A DNA stretch of 59,157 bases, the filler included, from Sphacelaria rigidula (Eukaryota): assembly GCA_964200075.2 (NCBI GenBank). It is 5 parts of 5 records of this genome, joined end to end, with 100 filler letters (N's around TTAATTAATTAA, not from the genome) between each part and the next. Parts side by side here need not be neighbours in the genome. Positions count along the whole stretch, not along the records: positions 11,854 to 23,605 come from CAXNAA020004551.1; positions 23,706 to 35,457 come from CAXNAA020004552.1; 3 more parts are not named here. The stretch is one strand, 5' to 3'. Below are positions 11,854 through 24,455 of this stretch, piece by piece (position 1 is the stretch's first letter; every line of letters starts with the position of its first letter). Both the position numbers and the translations under genes were made by a program. The notes under the pieces were generated by a model. It was not told the DNA's origin and searched no databases. It was given only the letters and a program-made list of their open reading frames with translations.

Positions 11854-13679
11854 GTGTTGCTGCCTGGAATGGATTGCAGGGGTAAGGTCTACCCACCAAA
11901 GGCAAGCAACAAATGAGTACTCCCCCCCCCCCGCCCGCCCCTACTCCGTCCCGTCTAGTTATACAATCTACTCGTTTTACCAACTGGGCGAAGGAGCAAT
12001 AACACTGTACGAAGGTAAAAATCTAGGACCTGACTAGGACCTGACGAACGGGTACACATGATATTACATTTGAGTGTGTGTGTGGACTCGTAGATGAGGT
12101 GTGTCGATGTATAATGGACGAATCCACGAGGAACACAACCGCGGGGTCAGGCTACAACCCTCAAAGCTGCGAACTACAGTGCATTCATCATTTTCCAGTG
12201 ACTCGACGGCATTCCACTACAGTGCGATATATATGGGTAAGTAAGATTACCTCTAACCTCGGAAAACGAAGCGGGGTAATTCACACGAGTCTGAAAACAG
12301 TACACTTCACAAATCCATTCAGCTCCACGTCACCCTGCGACGTTTTTCATTTCTGAAAGCTTGATGACATAGTGCAATGTTTTTCCATCACCGTTTACCT
12401 TCGACGAGGGCGAGATTCGACCTTCGACCCAAGCTGTCAGCGCCTCAAAGTGTGCGCGAAATAGGCTACACGCGGAGTTCTGATGGTGGCTCGAACACTT
12501 TGACTTTGAAAGACGAAAATTTGATTCTTTATACGCATACTCGATGAACACCGGAGACACCAGAACTCATAAAGAGCGTCACTGTTAGAGATGCTAATCG
12601 GGGACAAAATATATAGGAATTTCTTGCAAAGAGTGTCATGGATCTTCCTGACGGAAAATCGCACAAGCCAATGAGATGGGAATGATCCGCCCAGTCGATC
12701 GGCGAAGGAGGGAATGGGCCGCCCGGTCGGTCGGGAAAAGAAGCGTAGAAGGCCATCTACACCCATGAAAACACCCAAACGTCCCTGCTGCGTTGCATCG
12801 CCGGTACGGTCTGTTCATCATTCACTTTCACGTCAAAACTGTGACAATGCAACACAGATGACCCGCCCTGGGGGTGCCAGTCTGTATAGGTCGAGACAAG
12901 GTCGATCGAAAACGCACAGTAAAGTACAGCAGTGCAATGCTTGACATTACAGTACAGTGTTGTCTTCTTTCTCCCACCATTCGTTCCGTTTGTCTATGGG
13001 TATGACAAAGGGTCAGACGACACGAAACTCTCCGACACCACCATCCCTTCCTGCCTTCAGTTGCAAAAAACGTACTTGGGCTGCGGTGGGGATTCATTTT
13101 TGAAGCAAATAGTTCTCCCATACAAACACAACTGACCCATCATGCGGTGGCTGCTGTCTGTGTAAATAGACAAAGCTGAAGTGCACCGTACAACACAGTA
13201 CAATCAGTACAGTACAGCGCAGCACAGTACAATGCTATATTCCCTGTGACGCCCGCCGCATTCCTCCCTTCTTCTGTGGGTGTCGTGGAGTATCGCATTA
13301 CTCCTTTGGAGATCGTCACTGGAGATGGTCGCCTCTTTCGATAAATAACCGGCTCTAAAGTTGAACTCTCTGAACGTTCGTAGCCATGGCATCCATGAAC
13401 ACTGGGTTTCAGAAACCTTCGTGCAACCTCGACATGCCGTAAGACAACCGGGCCAAGGAACTCAACGGGGTAAGTATATTATGTGTGCTTCAATGGTATA
13501 TTCGGAGAGCGTTCAATCGTCGTCATAGTGCGGAAAAAAGACTTTTGTTATCAGCCTTCCTTTCTAACGGAGGGCAGGCAGGCCCACGTGACCGGCTTGG
13601 TGCTGCATGCTCTTACAAATTCCGCTGCGTTTTCGTACGTTTTCTGTGTCACGTTGGTGTCGGTGTCACGTCTCAGGCC

Positions 13680-13830
13680 ACCGAGGGAGGCGCTCCGACA
13701 AATCGTAGCCTTCGCGGGATCACCACCCCACAACTTTGCGTTGCATTCTCTAATGATCAGGGGCGCCACATATTTGCGGCAGGCCGTGCATCGCCCAACG
13801 TATTACAGAGTGAGGGGGGATGCGCTAGGA
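13680..13830 (+). pseudogene. Tyrosine recombinase C-terminal remnant (DIRS/Ngaro/Crypton-like element)
   Basis: ALRQIVAFAGSPPHNFALHSLMIRGATYL, then after a frameshift AAGRASPNVLQSEGGCA. This resembles the HSLRIGGAT...QREGRW box of tyrosine-recombinase retroelements, with the catalytic Arg replaced by Met. Confidence 0.65.
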
Positions 13831-14429
13831 AGCAGAGTTTCCTTCAGGCTGGAGTTTTCTTCAGACAATATATGGCTGTACACATGCAACACATTCACAT
13901 TGAGGCGAAAAGTTTTTTTTTAACAGCGTAGGCGTCCGATCAGTGAGAGCGTAAGCAAGAACAAAACAAAATGCAGCTTACCGCGCAGCTCCTTTTTCTC
14001 AGGCCTTTCTTCGCTTCTTAGCTTCTATTTCTCGGAGTTCGATGAACTTTGAAGTCGCGTTTTTTTCTTTCCTTTGTCTCTTTCTCGGTGAATTAAACAG
14101 CTGCCGCGGTTCGGCGAATTTTGGAGGTAAATTTTATTGTCTCTGTCCTTGCTGTCTATTTTAGCGTCACAGTGTTCAGTTTGAAAGGGAAACAAAAATG
14201 CGCGCCGAACGGGTCAAACATTATGCCCTTGCCGGATCTTCCATCTTCTACTCATCACGTATAACATACTTTCATAACCGATACAGATATCCAATCTTTG
14301 GCTCAACCTCTTGGTAGTAGGCATTGCCTGTACCACCTCTCAATTTAAATTACTCCCTTTCCACGCCTATCGTGGAGGACGGCGGCCCCGTCCGATCCTT
14401 GTAGTTGTATACATATTCTTCTTTACGGC

Positions 14430-14573
14430 GCACGAGAGCGCAGCGATTACCGTGAGGAGGCGTCCACGCGAGTTTATGCTGGAATGCGTGTGCAAGTCCC
14501 TCCGCGCCCGCGTCGGGGGATGACTGTCCGGGCGAACGCCAATGCTAGGGGTCCGGTGCGCGGATTCGTGCTG
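14430..14573 (+). repeat. Direct repeat; second copy at about 16190..16333
   Basis: GTGTGCAAGTCCCTCCGCGCCCG...GATGACTGTCCGGGC...AATGCTAGGG...CGGATTCGTGCT recurs 1760 bp downstream with mismatches. Confidence 0.8.
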
Positions 14574-14655
14574 CTTTTTGTATCGGTGTACAACCTGCGT
14601 TTGCGACCGCTGGCTTCAGCATTTCGGTGTGCGCTGAATATACGAATGAGCTTAA

Positions 14656-14838
14656 CCCTTAGACCGCGAGATTAGTCTTTCTGGGTCATGCATACTTTTT
14701 TTCACTTGAAATTGATGCCGATTGAACAGAAGACTAACCTCGCGGTCTAAGGGTTAACCCTCAGACCACGAGGGTAGTCTATCTGGATCATGCACACTTT
14801 TTCAAGTCAATATTGATGCTACCCTCGCGAACGCAGGG
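14656..14838. mobile_element. Two abutting piggyBac-type MITEs (14656..14753 and 14758..14838)
   Basis: TTAA|CCCTTAGACCGCGAG...CTCGCGGTCTAAGGG|TTAA|CCCTCAGACCACGAGGGTAG...CTACCCTCGCGAACGCAGGG|CTAA. CCC termini and a TTAA target site are piggyBac hallmarks. Confidence 0.8.
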
Positions 14839-16772
14839 CTAACAGATACGCACTCACGATGTGACGCATTTCGCCGAGCGCGCGGAAAAAACGGCAAATT
14901 CCTCATGCCTGCTGAGGGTCCAATACGGATTCGTTGCGCGGTCCTGTCCGTGCCCTCCCTCAACCGCTGGCTTCATCATTCCAATTTGCGCCCATCCCAG
15001 GGCAAACTCTAGAGATGAAACCCTTCCAGACGCTCCCCAATTCCAGTTCAAATTTATTCCATCACAACGCGTCTCTCACACCGTACAATGTGAGAACCCG
15101 GAGTAACTGAATCGCTGGCTTGAGCATTTCGGTGTGCGCTGAATATATCAATGAGCTGGACTGAGTCGTGAGCTGAAACCGCAATAAAACAGTGCTGAAA
15201 CCGTATCAATAGAGTAATATTGGATACGGAACCACACCCGGATCAAACGGCAGAGCGTCGGCGTATTATGCCAACCCTCTATGCCGTGACAACATAAAAT
15301 CTCCTCAACAACCACAAAGACGCACGATATGCTCGGTTTCCCTCTGACCAATATGAAAAAAAAGCGATCCAGAGACGACAGAGCAACCACATCCCACGGG
15401 GACAATCAACCTCGTCGGGTGCGCGCATGCGCCGACCCAGCGTGCACCGGGACAGTGATGGAGAAACACGTGAGGACGGGAAATAGCTTCTTTTCGTGCG
15501 ACAACTGGCGGCGTAGAGGGGGGTGTCAGGTAAAATATATCAAACTGACCAACCCGCCCGTCACCTGCAAACTGTGCACCGCATCGGCGGTGGACCACCC
15601 GATTTTTGAACACGAGAAGGGAGAGGACCCCGAAGACAGCGACCGCGATAAGAACGGTGAGCGGTGATGTAGAATCCAGTGATATCGTCCTGCACGTAAC
15701 CTTGAGGGGGCATTCCTTGATAGCTATCTGCGATTCCAATTATTTTCCTTCGATTTTGTACTGCTGTTCTTTCTCTTGAAATGTTCAAGGCTACACCTTC
15801 TTGAGGTGTACAATCCATCCAATCCTCTTCCCGGATCAATGAATTAAACACGCATCCCAACATTTGATTTGCGACGACACATCACTACACACACACTTCC
15901 AACCAAGAATACCGTTCATAATGACGAAACAGGAAGAGCAGAATACGATTCCTGACAACGGCAACACAGAAACTCCATTACAAAAAATTGATGGTGCTTC
16001 CGCTCCTATTACCGTCACCACCCGTAACCCGCCTTTTCCTTCTCAACCTCCTCACTACACAACGAAACGCGAGGGCTTTTGGCTGTTTATAACGCATCAG
16101 GCGTGACCCGCTAAAAAAGGGACCGCTGCCGGCCGAAGGCCGGTGAGGCACCTTGTGTATATAGTATATGTATACATAATATTTCGAACTCGCGAGCGTC
16201 AAGCATACTTTGTAACGAGGCGTTCACGAGATTTATTGCTGATTTTAGTGTGCAAGTTCCTCCGCACCCGCCCCGGGAGATGACTGTTCGGGCCACTGCG
16301 AATGCTAGGGACCCGGTTAGCGGATTCGTGCTACACTTCGTGTGGGGGTACACATGCGCTCGCGACCGCTCGAACGGACGCGCGATCGCGGTGGTCCTGC
16401 AATGTTTCCGGCGGGCATGAACATTTCGAGAGAGGATCTATTCTCACGAGGGCTCAGCAAGGCAACACCGAGACCCTCGAAAAAGACGGACGGGACCGGG
16501 GCGCAGGCCGGGGTCCCGTGCGGCTTGTATATATATATGTATATATATATGTATATATATATATTTGGGACGGGGTGACTTGGTTTTATTGTAGGAATAC
16601 TCATGACAATATAAAAAAATGTTTCGGAAGCTTCGCTGCCCACTGCAAAGATCAAGGTGACCCGTAGTACTGTACCAATTCCCACTAGTTCAGTTCGCAT
16701 AATCCTATTCATCAACAATGCGTTGCTGCGGGAGGAATATCTTTCTCTTTGTTTCATGTCTCATTATCTTAC

Positions 16773-16948
16773 CCGTAAAACGACCCATCGGTACGGCCAT
16801 TCCTCTGCTACGCCCCACGATCTCCCCGCCCGTTTCTTCCTGAGGAAGCCTTGCATTACTCGTTTCGAGGACGCGGACGCTCCTTCTCCGGCTCCGACTC
16901 GTACACCACCCACGGCTGCCGTCTCACCTTCCTGACCGAAGGGTGCTC
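16773..16948 (-). CDS. PDZ-end/PH/PH domain protein, exon E (start of second PH domain)
   Basis: Polypyrimidine tract with CAG acceptor and GTAAGA donor, phase 1 to 0. Encodes MQGFLRKKRAGRSWGVAEEWPYRWVVLR. Downstream exons were not found in this contig. Confidence 0.8.
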
Positions 16949-16970
16949 CTGGTAAGAAGAAAAACAAGAT

Positions 16971-17040
16971 GAAAGTGAAATGAAGTGAAGTGAAGTGAAG
17001 TGAAGTGAAGTGAAGTGAAATTAAATGAAATAAAATGAAG
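16971..17040. repeat. (GAAGT)n microsatellite; others include (TTA)n at about 19430-19470 and (GT)n at about 20604-20644
   Basis: Read directly from the sequence; intronic. Confidence 0.9.
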
Positions 17041-18957
17041 CAGAGTGAAGAAATTTTTCTTCAGGTAAAAGTACGGACAGTAGCAGGGAGGAGGAGAACA
17101 CAACAGAGCGGAACAACGCAGAACCGAACCGAGCAAAACTGAACCAAAATCGAACCAAAACCGAACCAAAAACACGATAGCAACCAAAAAATGATGTTAA
17201 AAGTAACCATAAAATAACAATAACACGAATTATACTAGGAATGACACTACGAACGAAACAAAGAAGAACAAAATGAATACCACAAGAATAAATGATAACC
17301 ATCGAATAAAAAGAATAATACAGTGAAGAGTGATGACGACATCACTTAAATGATAACAACAGCAACAACAACAACAACAACAAAAATCTAGTAACAAAAC
17401 AGCAACAACAATAACACGATCAAAAATAGGCTTTGTGGTAAACCAACTGTCAACGAATTCTGTACCAAAAACTCACTTCTCCCCCAGAGGCCATTTTTTC
17501 TTTTCTTTTTTCCCACTCCCGAAAATGAAGCCGACTTGTTGGCAAGATTTCAAACGTTAGTCGAGCGATTTGATCCACAACATTTTGATCAAGAACCAAC
17601 AACCATGCTCGTGCCCCCGTGATTGGTCAAATGTACCCTGGGGAGGGAGGGGGCGTACTCATTTGTTGCTTGCCTTAGTCGTGTGACCATTGACCACGCA
17701 TCCCTTTCAAGACGGCGCACCGTTCCTACTCCTAATAGAGACACGTCCAACATTCCGGCGCTCATTACGCTTCTTCCGCAGCTCATCACGTTTCTTCCAT
17801 GAATTACACAAAAACATTTTACATATCTTATCCCCGTCCTGTTGCACCGAAGTGTGAGTGTCCGTCAAAGTTCGGAACAGGGTGTGTGCATCACAAGATT
17901 TTCCTTTTTTTTTCCTCCTCAAGGACAATGGAAACCTGACTAAACACTTACCCGCAAGCGGGTAAGTGTACCGATTACCCGGAGGCTCGACTAGAATGCC
18001 TCACCGCAGTCATGTGGGGTAGGTGCCTCGGACGTTCGCAAGCTTTGCTCAAGGCAGTGTGGGGATCTGACCCACTGAAACCCCCCTATGAGCTTAGCGT
18101 AGTGCACGCCCCGCCCTACTCTGAAGAGCTTCGGCCCCAGACAGTCTTGTCTACAAAAATCCCACAAGTGACTGCGTTGGGAAAGACATACATACCTCCA
18201 GTCGATCGCCGCTTTAGCACGCTCTGCGCTAAGGAGCGTGTACTGTAAGCAATCGGATACTAATGTCGCTCCGCATCGTCCACACGCTACAGAGCACGAG
18301 GTTCGTGAGGAAGAGGGAGTGTACAGTATCGCCATCGGGAGTGACCGTACAGTGCTTGCTCCCTCCGCCTGAGGGTGCGAGGTAGTGCACGTCTAGTAGA
18401 CGACCTAGGAGTGTTTTTTCCAAGCGTGGAAGAACGACTGTATCATCCATACCCTGGACAACAGAATACACAGTCAACAAGTGTACTGCGTACAGTATCG
18501 ACTACTGCGCCTATTGCAAAACACAATAGATTCCATGCTGTACGCAGTACAATGTTTTCACTATATAATCTCTTGTCCAGGGTGTGCTATCATCGATCTC
18601 GCGGGCGCAACTTATACATTTTTTCAAGCACTGTTTGGGTCCCGCACAGCTCAACAGCACTGCGCTGTGCTGTTCCGTACTATTCTGCTCTACTACTACT
18701 GCGCCATACTACAGTCAGTACAGTACCTGTACTGAACTGACTGTTGCTCAACCTGTCCGTTTCCTCGGGACGAGTCAGTAGCCTCAAGAGATCAATCAAA
18801 ACATCTCTCCCCCGTTATATTACCACGCAGAAATCCAGAACAGCTCAAAGGGAACGCATGCATGCATGAGGAGTGGCTACTATTGACACTTTCTCCCTAC
18901 TGTACCTCTACAACACACACGCACACACACCCACGCACACCCACGCGCGCAACTCAC

Positions 18958-19390
18958 CTTCGTCTCCTCCTCCCACCACCTCTGGAACACGACCATGTAT
19001 CGTGCTGGCATCCCATCCTCCGCCAACCCCGCCGCTCACACTCGTCGGCGTCTCCTGACGGGTCTCATCGAATCCCCACCTTCTTCGTATCGCAGCCTTG
19101 AGCCCCACACCGACACCACTGCCACTATCGTCATTATCCGGAGCAGAAGAAAGGTGAGAGTGTTCGTGTTGCGCTTTGCTCGTGGACAAGGGGAAGCGGC
19201 TGCTGTCTGATAATGATCGTGGTGGTTGCTGTTGCTGCTGCTGCTGCTGCTGCTGCTGGTGATGTTTATCTTTGTTCTCGCCCAGGTTGAGATCGTGCGC
19301 GGTGGCTACGACGGCGAGCGCGGTGACCCACTCCAGACGAGCAGAAGGTGTTGGGGCGCGAAACAGCTGCAGACCAGAGGGTGCTAGAAC
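18958..19390 (-). CDS. PDZ-end/PH/PH domain protein, exon D
   Basis: CAG acceptor and GTGAGT donor, phase 0 to 1. Encodes VLAPSGLQLFRAPTPSARLEWVTAL (PH C-terminal helix with the conserved Trp), then poly-Gln and a linker. Confidence 0.8.
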
Positions 19391-19429
19391 CTGCGCTCAA
19401 TTAGTTGAATAACACACACAGCATGGAAC

Positions 19430-19470
<41 letters not shown>

Positions 19471-19927
19471 TCCGCACATTAGTCCGATCTCACGAACCCG
19501 TGGTCACATACAGACGTTGGCTCGCCTTTCCAATACCGTCCCTGCTATTCCTTACAACACATATTACAAAAAATAAAAATAAGAGGAGAGACGCCAGGAA
19601 AACCGGTGAGAAGTAGCTCCCCCGAGTTCAACGGGGAGAAAGAAGAAAGAGAGAAAGAAAGGAAAACAAACAAATGAACAAACAACAAACGCCAGATCTG
19701 CTTAAAATGTACACCGAAAGAAAGGAAGAGGGAAGATAATAAAGGACAAAACAGGTTCCTTCTTATTTTGTATTCGCGGATCTTTGGATCGGCAGTGCAG
19801 TGCCGCGCCGCGTCAACTGTCGTCAAATGTGTTTGACTTCTCACGTACGTCCTCACCTCTCACATCCTCACATGTTCAGCGATAGAAACCAGATTCTGAT
19901 AAATAAATAAAAAGGAAACAGTTCATG

Positions 19928-19994
19928 TTGGGATTCCAACGTTCAATCTCCCGTCCTGACCGGCTCCGCGTACACCACTTAAACCACCGGGACG
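19928..19994 (-). mobile_element. tRNA-derived SINE head
   Basis: The reverse complement reads GTCCCGGTGGTTTAAGTGG...CGTTGGAATCCC (degenerate boxes A and B). Confidence 0.55.
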
Positions 19995-20264
19995 TGGCAC
20001 GGCACACAAAAAACATACACTCGGGCTGAAAAACAAAAAACTAAAACAAAGCAAAAAAGTTCATGCCGACCAGGCCGACGACGATATTTTTCAACGCTAG
20101 ATGTTACATGTACAAATACATACAGCAACTATCACTGCAAACCTAAAAACCTACCGTTGAAAAATAAGCACAAACACTACGCTTACAATATTCATACTGG
20201 TCTACGCACCGCGCCGCACAGAAGTAAATCGCCGAAACAAACACGTACAGGGGAAAAAACTCAC

Positions 20265-20513
20265 GGCAAAGCACTGCAACCACCACGCATGCCCCCCGCC
20301 CCCCGCCCCATCGCCGACCCCCCCGCCCCCCCCCCCTCCTCCTCCGCTCCCACTCGCGCCGCCCCCGCTCCCAATCGCACCGCCTCCGCCGCCAATTGTG
20401 CCGCCTCCTCCGCCGCCGCCACCACCCGGTCCCAGAACGGCGGCGTCACGGCCCAAGAATTGTCGGAGAGTCTCTCCGTGGACGACGGCGCAGTCGCTGC
20501 CCACTCGCACCGT
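20265..20513 (-). CDS. PDZ-end/PH/PH domain protein, exon C (poly-Gly insert)
   Basis: TAG acceptor and GTGAGT donor, phase 0 to 0. Encodes TVRVGSDCAVV...poly-Gly...HAWWLQCFA. Confidence 0.75.
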
Positions 20514-21323
20514 CTAGCGTCGTGTTTTTGGGGTCAGGGGGGGGGGATTCAAAATTGTGGAAGGCTCATTGGAAAGCCGATGGAGGGGAAGAGTGCCTGA
20601 GTATGTGTGTGTGTGTGTGTGTGTGTGTGAGTGTGTGTGTGTGTACCTTTTGTCTTGCATGCCGTAGTCATATAACCATTGACCACGCATCCCTACAAAG
20701 CCAGGACGGAGCACGTCGGGTTTTCGCCGGAACAGGCTCGCAATCAATCATCAAGCGCAAAGTGCCGTGATGTCTTTGGCAAGTCGCATGAAGGGTGACA
20801 TGTATCCTGCTCTGATTACTCGGCCCGAAGCGAAGCGTACTGATCATATTGCATATGGATGACAGCCTCCAATGGGTTAGGGATGGATGAAGGGGGGGAG
20901 GACGATTAACCCAAGATATGAAAAAGTGCATTGCACGTCACCAGGTTGCTAGGCAGCTACGAGTAGCTGGCCGCCGAAATATTGGTGACGGAGGTACCCC
21001 GAGAAAACTCAGGACATTTTATTCGATACACCGGAGTAAGGAGCACACCCTTCGACGTGTTTGCAATGTAGCAGTAAGGCACACACGATACAAGTCAGAG
21101 ATAAGGTTAACAGTCGATCGACTACCGAATCAGGGAGCTCTTTTGAACACGCTTACGCTCATCACTTGCGGTATGTATCCGCCCAGCCCGGCATCGAAAC
21201 AATCTTATATCTCATGGATGATGACCACTGACAAGGTGGGGAGGTGGCGAGTTGGATCGACAATATCTCCTACAAGGGGATGTGCAATTGAGACCGGTCG
21301 AAAGTCCACTACGCTGCGGTGAC

Positions 21324-21380
21324 GGTCCCAGAATAGTGCGGTGGGTTGCTAGCCCGGAAGGACCGCACTATACTGGGACC
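21324..21380. mobile_element. Mini TIR element; related sequence at about 22551..22750
   Basis: GGTCCCAGAATAGTGCGGT / ACCGCACTATACTGGGACC inverted pair. Confidence 0.6.
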
Positions 21381-21926
21381 ACACTATACCGAAAAAATGC
21401 AGTTACTTGATATGAGTGTAGCGGATTGGACTTGAGACGAGTTGTTTTGACCGCACTGTAGCGGGATCCCTACTGCGTACCTGCACCAGTGCGGGTAGTG
21501 TTTCGGCCCAACAAACACCGAAAATTGTGTGCAGGAGTAGACGAAAGCCCTATACCCTTTGTCATCGTGTTTGACGCTAGGAACCCCTCGGAAAGCGAGC
21601 GGCGCACCGAGGGCTTTTCCAAGCGAGAACACACGAAAAAAAAAACAAGAGACTGAAATTGATCGAATGCAGCATTAATACAAGGTGTTGAATGTGTAAA
21701 ATCATTATTCTTCCCTCTGTGTATGCGTGTGTGTGTGTTTTTTTTTGTTCTTGTTTCGGAATTCGAGTCATCGATGGCAACTGTTTTTCTTCACCCTTTC
21801 AACTATTCTCTCCAAAAACGTTACGTACCTTGACCACCATTTTTGCTCAAAATTCGAGTTGTTAATATCAACGTCTATTTTCTTTTTCGTCTTTTCAAAT
21901 GATTATCTTCTCAAAATGTCACGTAC

Positions 21927-22024
21927 CTTGACCGGCGTGTGGCCTTCGATGTCCTTCGACGGGTAGGAAGAAAAGCTACCGTCTTCTCGGAGCACGTAAA
22001 ACAAACCCGTCCATACGCTGTCGC
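21927..22024 (-). CDS. PDZ-end/PH/PH domain protein, exon B
   Basis: CAG acceptor and GTACGT donor, phase 1 to 0. Encodes DSVWTGLFYVLREDGSFSSYPSKDIEGHTPVK (PH beta-2/3). Confidence 0.8.
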
Positions 22025-22773
22025 CTGTTGTTGTGCGGGCACGAGCAAGTTCGTACACAGGCACAAGCGTACGTATTGTAGTACGTGTTGTATGCACCAA
22101 GTGTAGCGCTAGGGGTAGTGTCCGTCCTGCATAGTTGTACTATCGGCTTCTTCCCCCCCCCCCCCGCACGCCAAGCTTACTCTATACAACACTGTAGTCC
22201 CCCAATCGCCCCATATAGTACTCCTTCTGGCCCGCGTTACGCAAGATTCCGCATGAAACATACACATAAACCGACAATGCAGTTGCCATCGACAGCAAAT
22301 ACGAGCCTCTGTGCGTGGGGGCTAGCGGATTAATACGGCAGCAGCGATCACTAACAGCAGGGTGCAACGATGAGACCTCCGACGTGTGTTGCGCGGACAA
22401 CAGCATGGATGGGGAGACGGGTGACGAGAAGCGACAAGCTTTCCTGCAAAATTATGCTCAAAAAAGCGTATAGGACACCGGCGAAGATAATATCGCAGAA
22501 GTACCTCGCGATCGAGGAAGATTTTGTTTCTGTTCATGCAGAGTGAGTGGGGGTCCCGGCATAGTGCGGTGAGTCGCCAGGTCAACAGACCGCAGTATAC
22601 GGGGACCCCGTACTATACGAGGGCCTCGCATCGTACTAGCATAGTGCAATTACTTAATACGAGTATGGCGCATCGGACCCATGACAAGTAATTTTGACCA
22701 TACTGTGGTGGGACCCCGCACTTTAAAGGAACGCACTATAGCGGTACCCTCACTGTTTCCACCTACAACATAC

Positions 22774-22883
22774 CTGTCTTGAGCCTGAGGTAGCCCTGCC
22801 AGTAACGCCTTGACTCGCCAGGATCTATCGCGGCATGCAGCTGGCGGAAGGCCAGGGTTAACGGTCGACCCCTCGCGCTTATC
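22774..22883 (-). CDS. PDZ-end/PH/PH domain protein, visible exon A
   Basis: CAG acceptor and GTATGT donor, phase 2 to 1. Encodes ISARGRPLTLAFRQ (PDZ-like C-terminal strand) and WQGYLRLKT (PH beta-1). Confidence 0.75.
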
Positions 22884-23605
22884 CTGTCGCGCGTTGTTTG
22901 GTAGATTGAATGCCGGTGAAGAGGCGTTTTGCTCGTGATTCGGTGCACAAGTACTGTGATGGGTGTATGCTTTGACTCTTGCATTGGTGTTTTTTATTTT
23001 CTGATTTGGTCATGTACTGGTGTTTTCCTGACTTGGCTGATATGTACGCGTACTGATTTCGCAAGTTCGCTACGGGTAGCTTGTGTATGTACACTATTAT
23101 ACAATTATTTCCTACTGTTCTATTGAAATGTCGTTCTTTTTCCTTCCCGCCCTACGTTTTTGCTCGACTTTACTCCGTCTATTCCACAAGATCCTTGTGT
23201 TATTTTTGCTTTCATTGTTGTCTTCTCTCTCTAGTCGAGTTTCTTCCAGCGAGTTTTTCTTTTGACTGTGTTATTTTTTAAACCTTGGGTACGTACGTCC
23301 ATCTTGTGACCATGGCCGAACCCCTCGGTAGGCCTTTATCTCCGTAGGCTTTTTTGTTTTTGTTTTTTGTTTGGCTCTCCTTTTTTTTTCTGCGCCCCAC
23401 CTTTATTCGTTTCTGGCCTCTCTTTTGTTCGGGTTTTTCGTTTCTCATTGTCGGCTCCTCATTTTTTTTCAGGCTTTTGGGTTATTTTCGGCTCCAATCC
23501 TTCTTTCACCCACGCGGCAGCCCACAGCCACCCCCCTGCTCGTCTATAGTAGTCAGCGTCAGAAGTTTTCAGAATTCGTAGTCGTCCTTTTTTCTGAGTT
23601 TTTCT

Positions 23606-23705
23606 NNNNNNNNNNNNNNNNNNNNNNNNNNNNNNNNNNNNNNNNNNNNTTAATTAATTAANNNNNNNNNNNNNNNNNNNNNNNNNNNNNNNNNNNNNNN
23701 NNNNN
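23606..23705. other. Artificial contig linker
   Basis: N44-TTAATTAATTAA-N44. Confidence 0.99.
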
Positions 23706-23752
23706 TGTTTTGTTTTTGGTTTGGCGGGGGGTGAGGCGGGTGGGTGGGGGGT

Positions 23753-23787
<35 letters not shown>

Positions 23788-23809
23788 GCGCGCGCGCGGG
23801 GGGTGTCTG

Positions 23810-24455
23810 TCCGCAGAGCAGCAGAAAAGTTCACCGAGTCAACCATGTGTGTTTGAAAGTTTTCCGCGGAAGATTTTAAGCCAGGAACGAGGCCTGAGAG
23901 ACGCGGAATGACCATTCTGACCAATAACGGCCGTCAAAGTGGGCACGTAGTTCCCCTACAGGTGTACTACAGGTGTACTAGTTCGCTGTCTAGTGGCATT
24001 TCTCATTTTGGTCATGGCAATTAAACCATAGATTACATGGTAACAAATGACTTGTTTTGTACCCTGATCGAGGTCTGTGCCACCTGTCTGACGCCTCATG
24101 TGTTATCAGCAGAGCATCACACTGTCTATACAGTAGTGTTGTTGAACACTAAGCAGAGGCATCAGCAGCATGCAGTAAATTGTGTTCAGTGAAGGCCGAT
24201 GGCACGCTGACTGTTTCTTGCCGTTGTGTGCAGCGGAGACATACCGCACACAAACTGACTCAGTATACGTTTTTGAATGCATGATCAAAACCGGTTAGGG
24301 ATTCTCCGGATCTATTTCCTATGTAGATGCCCAGCATCGACATGATTATGAAAAAAGGGGTTTTGTCCATTAATAGCTAGAAAAGAGCTGTTCCAAACCC
24401 CACATGTGGCATAGTCCAACTCAGTCCACCTGCGGGGGTTCGCTGTCCAAGGGTT
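23810..24455 (+). repeat. Interspersed repeat of about 600 bp; second direct copy at about 31040..31640
   Basis: Shared blocks GGAACGAGGCC, GACCATTC.GACCAAT, TAGTGTTGTTGAACACTAAGCAGAG, CTGTTTCTTGCCGTTGT and TCAGTCCAC. Confidence 0.85.

Noticed and set aside
21481-21613. Extra minus-strand exon in the PH gene
   Set aside because: It has AG/GT borders, but 133 nt would shift the frame between two phase-0 exons that already join into a coherent PH domain.
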